DNA of 64,000 bases from Nitrospinales bacterium. Lineage in GTDB: Bacteria > Nitrospinota > Nitrospinia > Nitrospinales > VA-1. Shown in pieces: positions 43,373 through 53,868 of this stretch (positions are counted from its first letter, which is position 1; every line of letters begins with the position of its first letter). The position numbers and the translations under genes are program-made. The DNA is taken from contig CBDCXL010000002.1 of the NCBI GenBank assembly GCA_965223795.1, positions 3,104,001-3,168,000 of the forward strand, read 5' to 3'. The notes under the pieces were generated by a model. That model was not told the origin of the DNA. It saw only the letters and a list, made by a program, of their open reading frames with translations, and did no database searches.

Positions 43373-44527
43373 TCAGCTTCCCGCGTTTTTTCCCTTCAAT
43401 CTTTCCTGCAGTTGTTTTTCAGAAAAATCCGGCAGATGCAATGTGGATGTGGGAAAGGCGATTTCCGCGCCTGCGTCCTCCACAATCTGCATGATCTTCA
43501 ACAGCACGTCCTGCTTGATTTCGTGAAAACGCGCCCATTTGGTGGTTTTTGTGAAGGTGTACACGAAAAAGTCCAAAGAGGAGGGGGCGAAGGCGTTGAA
43601 GTTGACGATCAGGGTCTTGCCGGTATCGATTTCGGCATGGTTCTTCAGCATGTCTTTCACGTTTTCCACGATCGTCTGCATCTTGGCGCCGTCGTCGTAG
43701 CGGATGCCGACGGTTTCGTAGATCCTGCGGTTCTGCATGCGCGAGGGGTTTTCCACCGCGATGGTGGTGAAGGTGGAGTTGGGCACGTACAGCGGCCGCT
43801 TGTCGAAGGTGCGGATGCGGGTGAGCCGCCAGCCGATGTGTTCCACAGTGCCCTCGATCTCCCGGTCGGGGGACCGCACCCAGTCTCCCACGGCGAAGGG
43901 CCGGTCGAGGTAGATCGTCAATCCACCGAAAAAATTGGCGAGCAGGTCCTTGGCCGCGAATCCCACGGCGATGCCGCCGATGCCGCCGAAGGCCAGAACG
44001 CCGGAGATGCTGTAGCCCAGCGTCTGCAGCACCACCAGCGCCGCGGTGATGAACACGGACACGCGGATGAGCTTGGAAATGGCGTCCACGGTGGTCGGGT
44101 CCACGTCCTTTTCGGTGCTTCGCAGCACAGCCCGTTCGGCGTTCTTGATGAAGCGGACGAACAGCCAGGCGATGGCGGCGATGATCAGCGTGTCGCGGAT
44201 GGGCTCGGCGGCTTCCAGGATGACGGCGCCGGTGGCGTTGCGGATGATTTCCGCGGCCAGGGAAATGCCCGCCGCCCAGATGATGACGCTCAGCGGTTTG
44301 GGAATCGAGTGCAGCAGCGCGTCGTCCCACAGGTTGTTCGACTTTTGCGCCTGCAGGCGTAGTTTCTTGAAGATGCGCCTCTGGATGTAGTCGATGACCA
44401 GGGCTACAAAAATGACGATGAAGGCCTGGACCAGGTAACTGGTCTTGGGGCCGATGAAACCGGTGAGGGAGTTCAGGGTTGCCAGCATGGAATTTTGTGT
44501 GGGTGACAGGTTGACGGGGTTGGACAC
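43373..44527 (-). CDS. MscS-family mechanosensitive channel
   Basis: GGIGGIAVGFAAKDLLANFFGG, DRPFAVGDW, VPNS and IAFPT. Confidence 0.92.
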   Translation of the reverse strand: MSNPVNLSPTQNSMLATLNSLTGFIGPKTSYLVQAFIVIFVALVIDYIQRRIFKKLRLQAQKSNNLWDDALLHSIPKPLSVIIWAAGISLAAEIIRNATGAVILEAAEPIRDTLIIAAIAWLFVRFIKNAERAVLRSTEKDVDPTTVDAISKLIRVSVFITAALVVLQTLGYSISGVLAFGGIGGIAVGFAAKDLLANFFGGLTIYLDRPFAVGDWVRSPDREIEGTVEHIGWRLTRIRTFDKRPLYVPNSTFTTIAVENPSRMQNRRIYETVGIRYDDGAKMQTIVENVKDMLKNHAEIDTGKTLIVNFNAFAPSSLDFFVYTFTKTTKWARFHEIKQDVLLKIMQIVEDAGAEIAFPTSTLHLPDFSEKQLQERLKGKNAGS

Positions 44528-44601
44528 TGCAAGGATCTCGATTTTAGCATCCGCGTTTTAAATTTCAACTCTGTCTTTCCGGTAGGACGCGCGTCCAATC
44601 T

Positions 44602-44754
44602 GAGATCTTTGCACAAATCATTTATTTGTCATGCTGAGCCCTTCGGCAGGCTCAGGACAGGCTCTGTCGAAGCATGATTTCTTGTACCCTTCGACAAGCT
44701 CAGGGTGACAATTGGCTTTTAATTTCGTGGCGAGCCGACTCATGCAAAGATCTC
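44602..44754. mobile_element. MITE-like element: perfect 12-bp terminal inverted repeats enclosing a REP-like palindrome (core 44627-44710)
   Basis: GAGATCTTTGCA ... TGCAAAGATCTC; core is homologous to 7134-7191 (inverted) and 31239-31319. Confidence 0.72.
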
Positions 44755-45013
44755 CACGTGCGGAATGCTGGATCCTGTCCATACCGGCGCTTTTAAATTG
44801 CGCCTGCCGGTTGCCGCTATCCGTATCCGTTTGTTGTGTGCTATACTTTTTTCCGCCGGAGCGTTTCTTTCCAACGTTCATCTTTTTTTCTTTTCGATTC
44901 GCGTTTCTGCATCCAGCCTTTTGACTCTGAGTTTCTCTGTTCGCATCGAACCGGGAAACGCCCCGCATGCGCAGAAACGTTCCTTCCCAACTTTCCTGGA
45001 GACTTTCCCCGCT

Positions 45014-46171
45014 ATGAGCATGGACCTGCCGTTTCACCGTTCCTGGTTTGAAGAGGAAGAAATCAACGAAGTGGTGGACACGCTGCGTTCGGGCTGGTTG
45101 ACCACCGGTCCCAAAACGCAGCGTTTTGAAGAGGGATTCAAGGATTACATCGGCTGCCGGCATGCCGTGGCGCTGAATTCCTGCACGGCGGGGCTGCACC
45201 TGGCGCTGGCGTCGATGGGGTTTCCGGAGGGCTCGGAGGTGATCACGACGCCGATGACGTTCCCGGCGACGTCCAACATCGTTCTGCACGAACGTCTGAA
45301 ACCGGTGTTCGTCGATATCGAGCCGGGCACGCTCACCATCGACGTGCACAAGATCGAGGCAAAGATCACGCCTCGCACGGTGGCCATCCTGCCGGTGCAT
45401 TTCGCCGGGCACCCCTGCGATATGGACGTGATTCAGGACATCGCCCGGCGGCACAACCTGGCGCTGATCGAGGACGCCGCGCACGGACTGGAAACCGGGT
45501 ACAAAGGACGGAAAATCGGCAACCTGGGCAATCCCACTTCGTTCAGTTTTTACGCCAATAAAAATATCACCACCGGTGAAGGCGGGATGCTGGTGACCAA
45601 CGACGACGCTTTGGCGGACAAGGTGCGGGAATTGCGCCTGCAGGGGCTCAGCAAGGATGCGTGGAAGCGCTACGGCAAGGAAAAATTTTCACACTGGGAA
45701 CTCAGGACGCCGGGGTTCAAGTACAACATGCCGGACATCAACGCCGCACTGGGGATCCACCAGCTCAAGCGGGTGAACGATTTTCTCGATCTGCGCAAAC
45801 GCTACGCGGCGATGTACGACGAGGCGTTCCACGCGATTCCGGAGATCGAGACCCTGGTCACGCGCGACTACGCTTCGCACGCGCACCACATCTACATCAT
45901 CGCGCTGAGGCTTGAGAGTCTGACGGTGTCGCGCAACGAGTTTCTCACCGAACTGCAGGGGCAGGGGATCGGCGCCGCGGTGCATTACGTGGCGCTGCAC
46001 CTGCAGCCGTATTACCGCGAGGTTCTGGGAATGCGGCCGGAATCCTGTCCCGTCGCCACCGATTATTCGCACCGGGTGTTGACCCTGCCTTTGTATCCGA
46101 AGATGTCGGTCGAAGATGTGAACCGGGTGATCGGAACGGTCACAGGCCTCATCGAAAAATTCCGCCGCTGA
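45014..46171 (+). CDS. DegT/DnrJ/EryC1/StrS sugar aminotransferase
   Basis: SGWLTTGP, NSCTAGLHLAL, IEDAAH and FSFYANKNITTGEGG. Confidence 0.92.
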   Translation: MSMDLPFHRSWFEEEEINEVVDTLRSGWLTTGPKTQRFEEGFKDYIGCRHAVALNSCTAGLHLALASMGFPEGSEVITTPMTFPATSNIVLHERLKPVFVDIEPGTLTIDVHKIEAKITPRTVAILPVHFAGHPCDMDVIQDIARRHNLALIEDAAHGLETGYKGRKIGNLGNPTSFSFYANKNITTGEGGMLVTNDDALADKVRELRLQGLSKDAWKRYGKEKFSHWELRTPGFKYNMPDINAALGIHQLKRVNDFLDLRKRYAAMYDEAFHAIPEIETLVTRDYASHAHHIYIIALRLESLTVSRNEFLTELQGQGIGAAVHYVALHLQPYYREVLGMRPESCPVATDYSHRVLTLPLYPKMSVEDVNRVIGTVTGLIEKFRR

Positions 46172-46178
46172 CATTCAG

Positions 46179-46222
46179 GCAAAAAGAAAGGGGGGAGCCG
46201 AAAGGCTCCCCCCTGTTTTTGC
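46179..46222. terminator. Bidirectional rho-independent terminator
   Basis: aggggggagcc-gaaa-ggctcccccct hairpin flanked by A and T tracts, between convergent genes. Confidence 0.85.
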
Positions 46223-46231
46223 TGGATGCGG

Positions 46232-48598
46232 TTACGCGGAGACCACTTTCCGCTTTTTGAGATCCATGTTGGAATAGTAGTCCTGGAAGTACTTGCGGTG
46301 GTACTCGTAGTAGTCGTCGCGGTGAAATTTCACCTTGTTGAGGACCACACCGAAGATCCGCGACTTGGGACCGGCTTTCATCAGCATGTTGCTGTTGCCG
46401 CTGCCGCTTGATCCGTTGGCGGTCTTTGCGGGCATGGGCCGGCCGCCGGAACCGAAACGGAAGCTGTTGTCCGAGGAGGCCGCCGAAAGCTGCTTCAGAG
46501 TCCGTTTGATCAGGTCCTTGTCCTTCATGCCGGATCCGATGACGAACATGACGCCGTCGCAAAGCTGCGCCGCGACGGAAACATACGAGAAGGCCAGAGC
46601 CGGCGGCGTGTCCATCAGCACCACGTCGAAGGTTTTCTTGACGGCGGTGAGGAATTTCTGGAACAGGCCGTAGTTGATGGTGTCGGTGAACTTGCGGGTC
46701 AACGCGCCGCGAGGCAGGATGTAGACCCCGTCGATTCCCGTCTTGAGATAGATCTCATCGAGCTTGCCGTTCTCAGACCCTTTGTTGTTCACCAGCCGGT
46801 CGAACAGCTTGGGGTTTTCCAGAACGTCGATGAAACCCGGATGCTTGAACGTGTTCAGGTTCGTGAACACGGAGCTGACCTTGGGACGCACGAAGTCGGC
46901 GTCGATGATCAGCACCCGTTTGTTCTCCTGAGCGAACGTGGCCGCCAGGTTGGTGACGATGGTGGTCTTTCCTTCCTTGGGCGTGGAGCTGGATATCAGC
47001 AGCGCCTTGTTCTGATCGATGAAACCGTTGAGCATCAGGTTGGTCTTCACCGTTCTGAACTCTTCCGCGACGAAGGAGTTGATGTTGTTCACCGCGGGCA
47101 GGGGCAGGTCTTTCTTGCTGATGACGCCCACCGCACCGAGGAACGGGAAGGGAATCTGTCGGACCACGTCCTCGACGCTGATCATGGATTTTTTCATCCG
47201 TTCCGAAACGATGGTCCAGAAGCTGCCTCCCAGCATTCCCAGCATGAGGCACAGGGAGATGATGAAGGTCTTTTTCGGTTTGATGGGCTTGTAGGGAATT
47301 TCCGCCCGGTCCACCACCTGGATCGCACTCTCGTTGCTGTATGAGGCGATGTCGATTTCCTTGAACCGCTTCAGCAGGTCGTTGTGGAGGATCTTGTTGG
47401 TTTCGAACTCATCGTTCAGCGCATTGAAGGTGAACTCTTCGTTGTCCAGCTTCATGATCTTGTTCTTTTCCGTCTGCATCGCGTTGCGCAGGGACTGCTC
47501 GTGGACCACGGTTCCGCGGTAGTCGATGTCGATCGAAGCGATCAGGCGGTCGACCTCAGCGGGGATCTTCTCTTCGATCTGCCGCTTTTTCTGGTCCAGC
47601 ATCTGCAGGCGCGGATGCCGCACGCTGTATTGACTGGTCAGATCCTCATACTCGCTCAGGATCTGGGCGTACTGAGTGATGAGATTGGTGATCTCGATGG
47701 TTTTCACGTCATCGGGAAGCGTCTGCAAAAGACCGACCGGATCGGTTTTCAGTTTTTCCAGCAACTCCTTTAAGGTCTGAAGGCGGAGCTGTTCGGACTG
47801 CACAGTGCGGATCTCATCCTGATATTTGCTGAGGTTCTGGGCGGAGATCTCGCGGTTTTTCCTGAAGTCGATGATGTTGTTTCGTTTGCGGAACTTCGCC
47901 AGCTTCAGCTCGGCTTTTTTCATTTTGTCTTTCAGTTCCGTCAGCTTTTCCACCATCCATTTTTCAGATCCGCCGAGGATCTTCGTCCGGCGCTCGATGT
48001 TTCTCTGGATCACGGTGTCGAGGAACTTGTTGGTGATTTCCGTGATCATGACCGGGTTGTAACCCTGAAAGCTCACGTTGACGACGTGGCTTTGGGTGAT
48101 GGGGGAAATGATCAACCGGCGCAGAAACTCGTCCACCATTTCCGTGACGGGATCTTTGGGGACCTGCACGCTGGCGGTTTCCGGCTGGGCCGGCATCAGA
48201 TTTTCAATGACGCCGCGGACGGTTTGCTTGACGCCGCTCAGATCGATCATCGGTTTTTTGGGTTTGAACTCATCGTTCTCCACCAGGTTCAACTCGTCGA
48301 TGATCCGCTTGGCGAGGGTCCGGCTTTTGAGCATGGCGTACTGGGTTTTGTAATAGTCGGTCTTTGTCGGATCCAACTCTTCAAAACCCTTGCCCTTGTC
48401 CGTGAACGTATCGGGAGTTTTGGTTCCGATCAACACGATGGCTTGGGTTTCGTAAACCGGGGTCTGGCTGAAGGAATAAATCGTGCCGACGATTCCAAAA
48501 ATCAGGACGAAGCAGAGGATGGTCAGCTTGCGCCGGTTGATTATCTGGAACAATTCCTGAATATTGATTTCCTGCTGGTTTTGAGGAACCTGGTTCAT
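46232..48598 (-). CDS. wzc: Polysaccharide co-polymerase/tyrosine autokinase (Wzc/GumC family)
   Basis: Two TM segments around a coiled-coil region; PKEGKTT, VLIIDAD, LMDTPP and a C-terminal Tyr cluster (DDYYEYHRKYFQDYY). Confidence 0.9.
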   Translation of the reverse strand: MNQVPQNQQEINIQELFQIINRRKLTILCFVLIFGIVGTIYSFSQTPVYETQAIVLIGTKTPDTFTDKGKGFEELDPTKTDYYKTQYAMLKSRTLAKRIIDELNLVENDEFKPKKPMIDLSGVKQTVRGVIENLMPAQPETASVQVPKDPVTEMVDEFLRRLIISPITQSHVVNVSFQGYNPVMITEITNKFLDTVIQRNIERRTKILGGSEKWMVEKLTELKDKMKKAELKLAKFRKRNNIIDFRKNREISAQNLSKYQDEIRTVQSEQLRLQTLKELLEKLKTDPVGLLQTLPDDVKTIEITNLITQYAQILSEYEDLTSQYSVRHPRLQMLDQKKRQIEEKIPAEVDRLIASIDIDYRGTVVHEQSLRNAMQTEKNKIMKLDNEEFTFNALNDEFETNKILHNDLLKRFKEIDIASYSNESAIQVVDRAEIPYKPIKPKKTFIISLCLMLGMLGGSFWTIVSERMKKSMISVEDVVRQIPFPFLGAVGVISKKDLPLPAVNNINSFVAEEFRTVKTNLMLNGFIDQNKALLISSSTPKEGKTTIVTNLAATFAQENKRVLIIDADFVRPKVSSVFTNLNTFKHPGFIDVLENPKLFDRLVNNKGSENGKLDEIYLKTGIDGVYILPRGALTRKFTDTINYGLFQKFLTAVKKTFDVVLMDTPPALAFSYVSVAAQLCDGVMFVIGSGMKDKDLIKRTLKQLSAASSDNSFRFGSGGRPMPAKTANGSSGSGNSNMLMKAGPKSRIFGVVLNKVKFHRDDYYEYHRKYFQDYYSNMDLKKRKVVSA

Positions 48599-49296
48599 TT
48601 AAAACCTCATGCCTTATGGTTGATGGGAAATTGCTAACTTTCCAGCCAGTGGGAGAGAAATTTCCACTCTGTCGGTGTCCTGCGCCAGCCCGCGAAAAGA
48701 GAACACTCAAGTGAAGGTTTCCGTTGGAAAGAAGTGTCGGCCGGATAGGTTTTCAGTGCCTGTAACTGATTGGCACTGGTTGAAAATTCCGGTCTTTCCC
48801 TCAGAAATGTTTACATTAACATATTCCCTTTTTTGTCCCAAAACTTTTTGGGCTCGCTGCGCCGAATTTTTTCTCCCTGAATTATGGAATCCGTTCCTCC
48901 CCCGAATTTGACCTATAACGTATTGAATCCTTTAAAGAAATCTATTGAACGTCGAGTTGGATTCTCTCAGGGGACGTTTCAGTTAGGATAAGAAATCAAT
49001 ATTACGGAATCGTGCAGGAGACGTCACAAATTCGCCACGTTTTGATTTCTATTTACAGGCATAGATTTACATGTTGAGTGCATGCTAAAGGTGTTGGAAA
49101 ACGGCGCTTTATGATCAACACGACACTCCACCCGCATTCCGGAACCGGATGCGGCTGACATCCTGTTGCCGGCGAAATGAAATAGGATTTTATAATTCAC
49201 CTCTGACACAAAAGCCACCGCGCGCAACAGACGCGGCATTCCGCATGCGGGCGAGGCATGCACGCCCCGCCGATCGAAATTTTCGTAAATGAAACG

Positions 49297-50574
49297 TCAG
49301 GCGGTTGCCTGATCCAGGCGGGCCGCCAGTCCGACCGACACGGCTTTTTCCGCGATGCTGTTCAGGGTGTCCAGGTCGACTCCGCTTTTCAGATGAATGT
49401 CCAGCAGCGAATGACTGCCGTCGCTCATGAGAAAAAAATAATTGGTTCCCAGGAAACGATTGCGGTCCACGGCGGGACTCACATACATGTTGTGCTTGTC
49501 CAGCTTGGGTTCGCCTTTGATGAGGACTTTATAGCGGGCATTCATTTCGAGATTCTGAACCGCCCGCCAGTAAACGCGGACCGACTCCTGCATCGCTTCC
49601 TCGGAAACGAAATCCAGGTTGTCCAGCGAGGTGTGGTACTCGGGGTATTCCATATACGGGGACCGCATGAGCGAGCCCATGGGCATTCTGAATCCAGGGG
49701 AATTGTAATGTCCCTCGTCCCCGCCCCAGGGCCAGAAATCCCGCACCACGTGCTCGGCCTTCTCCGTCTGCAAAGCGGCGATCATGGCTTTGTCCACTTC
49801 GTGATCGCCTTGATAGGTCTTCTTATAGTTCATTTTCCCGCGATCGCCCAGACAGGCGTAGACGTAGCCACCGGTCACTTTCGAGATCCAGTCGGGGTGG
49901 TTGAACAGGTAGGTGATGGAACCGATGGTGCCGGGCAGGATCAAAAGCCGGTAGGAATACTTGCGCCGGGGCAGCTCCAGTAGTTTTTTAGCCACGGCCA
50001 CGGAGACCAGGGTGCTGGACAGGCCGTCATTGGCCTGGGCGGGATGACAGTTGTAACTGGAAAATAAAATTTCCTTTTCGCTTTCGCCGGGAAGATACCA
50101 CTCTCCGATACGCAGCACGCCTTTCTTCAGTTCCGACTCGATGCAGACTTCGTACTCGGCGCCGGGATTCTTTTCCATTTCGCAGTACTGATCGTGACTG
50201 ATGCAGAATCCCCAGTTGCGCCGGTAAAAGGAAGTGCGGAACGGCACCGCGGAAGGGAGGTCCGGAATGGTGTGAAGGCGGTCCTTGAGCCTGGAGAACG
50301 GCATCGTTTCGTGGATCGGGGTGCTGTAGCTCATCACGTGCAGGCTGTTTTGTTTGAAATCGACCACGCGTTTGCCGCTGGAATCCTTGATCCAGGCATC
50401 CTGGATGTTCCATTCGTCGGGAACGGTCCATTCGAAACACTCCTGCCCGCTGGGGTATTCCAGAATTTTCAGATCGAGTTCGCGAGACAGGAGCTCAAGG
50501 CTTTCCTTGAAGCCGTCTCCTGTGATGCTGCGGTATATGGGAAACAGCTCCTGCATGAGGGGCATGAGTTTCAT
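49297..50574 (-). CDS. DUF4910/DUF2172 aminopeptidase-like protein (copy 2)
   Basis: RSITGDG, WTVPDEWNI, RTSFYRRNWGFC, CHPAQANDGLS and YPEYHTSLDNL. Confidence 0.85.
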   Translation of the reverse strand: MKLMPLMQELFPIYRSITGDGFKESLELLSRELDLKILEYPSGQECFEWTVPDEWNIQDAWIKDSSGKRVVDFKQNSLHVMSYSTPIHETMPFSRLKDRLHTIPDLPSAVPFRTSFYRRNWGFCISHDQYCEMEKNPGAEYEVCIESELKKGVLRIGEWYLPGESEKEILFSSYNCHPAQANDGLSSTLVSVAVAKKLLELPRRKYSYRLLILPGTIGSITYLFNHPDWISKVTGGYVYACLGDRGKMNYKKTYQGDHEVDKAMIAALQTEKAEHVVRDFWPWGGDEGHYNSPGFRMPMGSLMRSPYMEYPEYHTSLDNLDFVSEEAMQESVRVYWRAVQNLEMNARYKVLIKGEPKLDKHNMYVSPAVDRNRFLGTNYFFLMSDGSHSLLDIHLKSGVDLDTLNSIAEKAVSVGLAARLDQATA

Positions 50575-50633
50575 CGATGTCTGCCTTTCAGATTTTTCAG
50601 GTCACTTGCCAGTGATTTCAATTGCTTAGCAGT

Positions 50634-51167
50634 TCAACGTTGGATCGTGCTGCTGTGATTTTTGTCTTTCTCGGAAAGGATCTTCGTTTCCAGCGGCCAC
50701 TCGATGGCCAGTTCCGGACTGTCCCAGGCCACACCCCGGTTCGATTCCGGGTGATAGTATTGCGACATCTGGTAAAACACTTCCGTGTCGTCCGCAAGAG
50801 TCTGAAAGCCGTGCGCGAATCCTTTGGGTATGTAAAAGGCCTTGCGGTTTTCTTCGGTCAGCTCCACGCCCAGCCATTGCCGGAAGGTGGACGAGTCTTC
50901 CCTAAGATCCACAATGACGTCGAAGATCGCGCCGCGGGTCACGCGCACGAGCTTGTCTTCATCATGCGGCGGAACCTGGTAATGCATCCCGCGCAGCGTG
51001 CCCTTGTGCCGGTTGAAGGAAATGTTGCACTGAACCAGCTCGGGGTTCAGGCCGTGGGCTTCGAATTCTTTGCGGCAGAACGCGCGCGCGAAGAAACCGC
51101 GGTTGTCCCGGATGGGCTCCGGCTCGATGATGAACGCCCCTTTGAAGCGGGTTTCGGTGAATTTCAT
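50634..51167 (-). CDS. rfbC: dTDP-4-dehydrorhamnose 3,5-epimerase family protein
   Basis: DNRGFFAR, GTLRGMHYQ, DVIVDLR and PKGFAHGFQTL. Confidence 0.92.
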   Translation of the reverse strand: MKFTETRFKGAFIIEPEPIRDNRGFFARAFCRKEFEAHGLNPELVQCNISFNRHKGTLRGMHYQVPPHDEDKLVRVTRGAIFDVIVDLREDSSTFRQWLGVELTEENRKAFYIPKGFAHGFQTLADDTEVFYQMSQYYHPESNRGVAWDSPELAIEWPLETKILSEKDKNHSSTIQR

Positions 51168-51232
51168 GTGTTGGTTGCTGCGAATATAAAAGGAAGGTGG
51201 TCTGAATCCTGGCCCCTCCTGAAATCAATCTA

Positions 51233-52621
51233 TCAAAGCCGCTCTACCAGGCCTGCGGAGAGAGCCTTTTCCGCGATTCCCGCCAGCGTTTCCATAGGAA
51301 CCCCGCTTTCGGCGTGAATGTCCAGAAGGGAATGTGTGCCGTCGCTCATGTGGAAAAAATAATTGGTGCCCCAGAACAGATCCGGTTCGCCGGAGGGGCC
51401 GACGTACATGTTGTGCTTGTCCAGCTTGGGTTCGCCGGCGAAGGTAACGCGGTACGTCGCGTTCATTTCGAGATTACGCAGAGCCCTGACGTAGATGCGG
51501 AGCGAACCCTGCAACGCCTCTTCGGAAACATAATCCAGATCGTCCAGAGAGGTGTGGTACTGGGGAAATTCCATGAAAGGCGTCCGCATCAAAGAGCCCA
51601 CGGGAATGCGAAATCCGGGAGAGCTGTACTGGGTTTCGTCGCCGCCCCAGGGCCAGAATTTCCGCACCTGGTGATCCACCCCTTCCGAACGCAGGGCATG
51701 GATCATGGCCTGATCGATTTCATGATCGCCGAGAAACGTTTTTTTGTAATTGAACTTGCCGGAATCGCCCAGACAGGCGAGCACATATCCGCCCTTCAGC
51801 CGCTTCAGCCAGTCTTTATGGTTGTAGATGTAGGTGATGCAGCCGATGGTGGCCGGCAGAAGCAGGATGCGATACGAATAGTGCCGGTTTTTCCATTTTT
51901 TAATTTCCCTGGCCAGTGCGGTGGCCACAAGCGCGCCGGAAAGGCCGTCGCTGGCCTGGCAGGGATGATCGTTGTGCGCGGAAATGAGGATCTCCTTGTC
52001 CGTTTTACCGGGCAGGAAGCACTCGCCGATGCGCATGACGCCTTTGGTGATCTCCGAATCGATACACACTTCGTATATCGCGTCGGGGTTTTTCTCCATC
52101 TGCAAAAGCTGCTCATGCGTGAGGCAGAATCCCCAGGTCCTTTTGTAGTACGACGTGCGGTAGGGGATGGCGTCCGGCTGATCCGGCAGGGAGTGCAGGT
52201 GTTCCCGGAGTTGTTTGAACGGCATGATGGCGTGCACCGGCACGCTGTAGTTCACCACGTGCAGGCTGGATCTGCGAAAATCCACGATGCGGTTGCCCCT
52301 GGCGTCTTTGATGTAGGCGTCGTGGATGTTCCACTCGTCGGGGACGGTCCACTCGAAGCACTGCTGGCCGGACGGGTATTCCAGAATGTTCAGGTCGATT
52401 TCCCGCGCAAGGATCTTGAGGCTTTTACGAAAACCCTCGCCGGTGATGCTGCGGCAAATGGGGAACAGCTCCCGCATGAGCGGCATCATCTTAAGCGGAC
52501 CTTCGTCCTTTTGAGGCGCATCCGACTTGCGGAAAACGGATGTCGAGATCGAAGGGCGGGTATGAAACCGGCTCCATCTCACCCCTCCGGTCTGGGTTTT
52601 TATATTCTGGAATAGACCCAT
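51233..52621 (-). CDS. DUF4910/DUF2172 aminopeptidase-like protein (copy 1; start may be 52489)
   Basis: ICRSITGEG, WTVPDEWNI, PYRTSYYKRTWGFC and FPQYHTSLDDL; clear paralog of 49297-50574. Confidence 0.85.
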   Translation of the reverse strand: MGLFQNIKTQTGGVRWSRFHTRPSISTSVFRKSDAPQKDEGPLKMMPLMRELFPICRSITGEGFRKSLKILAREIDLNILEYPSGQQCFEWTVPDEWNIHDAYIKDARGNRIVDFRRSSLHVVNYSVPVHAIMPFKQLREHLHSLPDQPDAIPYRTSYYKRTWGFCLTHEQLLQMEKNPDAIYEVCIDSEITKGVMRIGECFLPGKTDKEILISAHNDHPCQASDGLSGALVATALAREIKKWKNRHYSYRILLLPATIGCITYIYNHKDWLKRLKGGYVLACLGDSGKFNYKKTFLGDHEIDQAMIHALRSEGVDHQVRKFWPWGGDETQYSSPGFRIPVGSLMRTPFMEFPQYHTSLDDLDYVSEEALQGSLRIYVRALRNLEMNATYRVTFAGEPKLDKHNMYVGPSGEPDLFWGTNYFFHMSDGTHSLLDIHAESGVPMETLAGIAEKALSAGLVERL

Positions 52622-52626
52622 GACGT

Positions 52627-53868
52627 TCACCTGAAAATTTCCACCTTGGGAATGGGAATGAAAAACTGGCCGCCCCATTCCCGAATGTAGGCCATCTGTT
52701 TCATGATTTCATCCTTGATGTTCCAGGGCAGGATGAAAACGTAATCGGGTTTGGTCTCCCGGATCTTATCGGGATGGAAGATGGGGATGTGCGTCCCCGG
52801 CAGATAACGCCCCTGTTTTTCCGGGCTGCGGTCCACGGTGTAATCGATGTAGTCGGTGCCGACGCCGCAGTAGTTGAGCAGGGTGTTGCCTTTCGCGGGC
52901 GCGCCGTATCCGACGATGGTTTTTCCCTCGCGCTTGGCCTCGTTGAGGAAGGTCAACAGACCCCGCTTGGTCTCCAGCACTTTTTCGGCGAAAGAGGTGT
53001 AGGTTGCGGGATCGTTGAGGCCGTAAGCGATTTCCCGTTCGCGCAGCTGTGTGATGCGCTCGGAGACGGGTTTGCTCTCATCTTCTGTGTGGCGGGCGTA
53101 GATCCTCAGCGAACCGCCGTGAGTGGGCAGCTCCTCGACGTCGAACAGCGTGAGGCCGTGGCGCTGGAACACTTTTTCCACGGTGATCAGCGAGAGATAG
53201 GAGAAGTGTTCGTGGTAAATGGTGTCGAACTGGTTTTCTTCCATCAGCCGCAGAAGATGCGGAAACTCCATGGTGATCACGCCATCGGATTTGAGCGCGA
53301 GCTTCATGCCGCCGACGAAATCGTGCAGGTCGGGGACGTGGGCCAGGACGTTGTTGCCCAAGAGCAGGTCCGCCTGGGTGCCTTCGGCGGCGAGCTCCGA
53401 TGCGGTCTCTTTGCCGAAGAACTTGACCAGCGAGGGGATTCCCTTCTCCTGCGCCACTTTGGCGATGTTGGCCGCGGGCTCGATGCCGAGAACCGGGATG
53501 CTTTTTTCCTTGAAATACTGCAGCAGGTAACCGTCGTTGCTGGCGATCTCAATCACCTGACTGCTGGCGCCGAAACCGAACCGCTCCACCATCTTATCGG
53601 TGTAGGCTTTGGCGTGACGCAGCCAGGACTCGCTGAACGAAGAGAAATAAGCGTAGTCGCTGAAAATGTGCTGCGGGCTTTCGAATTCCTTGAGCTGGAC
53701 CAGAAAGCAGATCTGGCAGACGTAGGCGTGCAGCGGATAAAACGGCTCCATGCTGCATTCCTTGTCGGCCGGGATGTAGGAGTTCGCCAAGGGCGACATC
53801 CCCAGGTCGGCAAAGGTGATCTTTAAAGAGCTACCGCAGAATCGACATGTGTTTTCTTTATCCTTCAT
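52627..53868 (-). CDS. NDP-hexose C-methyltransferase family SAM-dependent methyltransferase
   Basis: Zn site CRFC...CQIC, EIASNDG, NNVLAHVP, DTIYHEH, THGGSLR and YGAPAKGNT. Confidence 0.88.
   Translation of the reverse strand: MKDKENTCRFCGSSLKITFADLGMSPLANSYIPADKECSMEPFYPLHAYVCQICFLVQLKEFESPQHIFSDYAYFSSFSESWLRHAKAYTDKMVERFGFGASSQVIEIASNDGYLLQYFKEKSIPVLGIEPAANIAKVAQEKGIPSLVKFFGKETASELAAEGTQADLLLGNNVLAHVPDLHDFVGGMKLALKSDGVITMEFPHLLRLMEENQFDTIYHEHFSYLSLITVEKVFQRHGLTLFDVEELPTHGGSLRIYARHTEDESKPVSERITQLREREIAYGLNDPATYTSFAEKVLETKRGLLTFLNEAKREGKTIVGYGAPAKGNTLLNYCGVGTDYIDYTVDRSPEKQGRYLPGTHIPIFHPDKIRETKPDYVFILPWNIKDEIMKQMAYIREWGGQFFIPIPKVEIFR

Noticed and set aside
44765..45013. N-terminal extension of the DegT ORF in the ORF track
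   Set aside because: Family similarity starts at MSMDLPF (45014); the extension is promoter-like sequence.
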